A DNA stretch of 64,000 nt, taken from positions 64,001 to 128,000 of IMG/VR virus record IMGVR_UViG_2974508059_000001. One strand, written 5' to 3'. The number at the start of each line of letters is the position of its first letter. The first letter of the stretch is position 1. Of the stretch, positions 63,833 through 64,000 are shown one piece after another. Origin of the DNA: a virus. Taxonomy: Duplodnaviria > Caudoviricetes. A program made the translations under genes and the position numbers. Below the pieces are notes generated by a model. The model saw only the letters and a list, made by a program, of their open reading frames with translations, was not told the origin of the DNA and made no database searches.

Positions 63833-64000
63833 ATGCAATTCTATTCGAAGGCAGCATTGCAGCTGGTCTACGATCAGGTGAATCGGGATAACCCCGGGTT
63901 GCCGGCAGTGCTGTCCCCCGATAACGCTGCTATCACGACCGGTCCAACTGCAGTGAGCGTTGGTCAGTTCGGACGTAACACCCGGGCGACGTTCACTGCG
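63833..64000 (+). CDS. Tail fibre/baseplate paralog 8 (partial, runs off window)
   Basis: AGGAG RBS; MQFYSK...LVYDQVNRDNPGLP...GRNT, like paralog 7. Confidence 0.7.
   Translation, partial: MQFYSKAALQLVYDQVNRDNPGLPAVLSPDNAAITTGPTAVSVGQFGRNTRATFTA

Noticed and set aside
1-64000. CRISPR array, tRNA, rRNA, IS elements
   Set aside because: No regularly spaced direct repeats, cloverleaf/T-loop signatures or transposase motifs were seen by eye. The recurring hairpins are dispersed terminators.
57696-64000. Diversity-generating retroelement or shufflon acting on the tail array
   Set aside because: No reverse transcriptase, recombinase, template/variable repeat pair or inverted crossover sites were seen.

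Overview
A 64-kb segment of a phiKZ-related jumbo myophage (Chimalliviridae-type), most like the SPN3US/phiEaH2 group that infects enterobacteria such as Erwinia. Calls come from motifs and gene order, not database searches. The left part has the conserved core block: DnaB-like helicase (-), major capsid protein, split non-virion RNA polymerase beta-like subunit, portal (-), baseplate/virion genes and RuvC. The middle (about 25-55 kb) is accessory. It holds thymidylate kinase, Dam methylase, an HNH endonuclease, an XRE regulator, a SLOG/DprA-like protein, an HslU-like ATPase, a QueC-like PP-loop enzyme, two TYW3-like proteins, up to seven GNAT-fold genes and many tandem paralog pairs. The right end encodes an AmsF/WceF-like tailspike-fold protein and an array of at least 8 paralogous tail fibre/baseplate proteins. 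About 25 intrinsic terminators and two recurring phage promoter motifs are visible: TTTCAGATAGATATTAT-N4-GTG and TTTTAC-N15-TATG. The most intriguing candidates are (i) dam embedded in an operon of mostly degenerate tandem-GNAT paralogs, (ii) a protein that appears to be a mosaic of terminase motifs (possible immune decoy), and (iii) a coupled operon with a Zn-less QueC-like enzyme and an HslU lacking its HslV-docking tail. No tRNA, rRNA or CRISPR array was seen.
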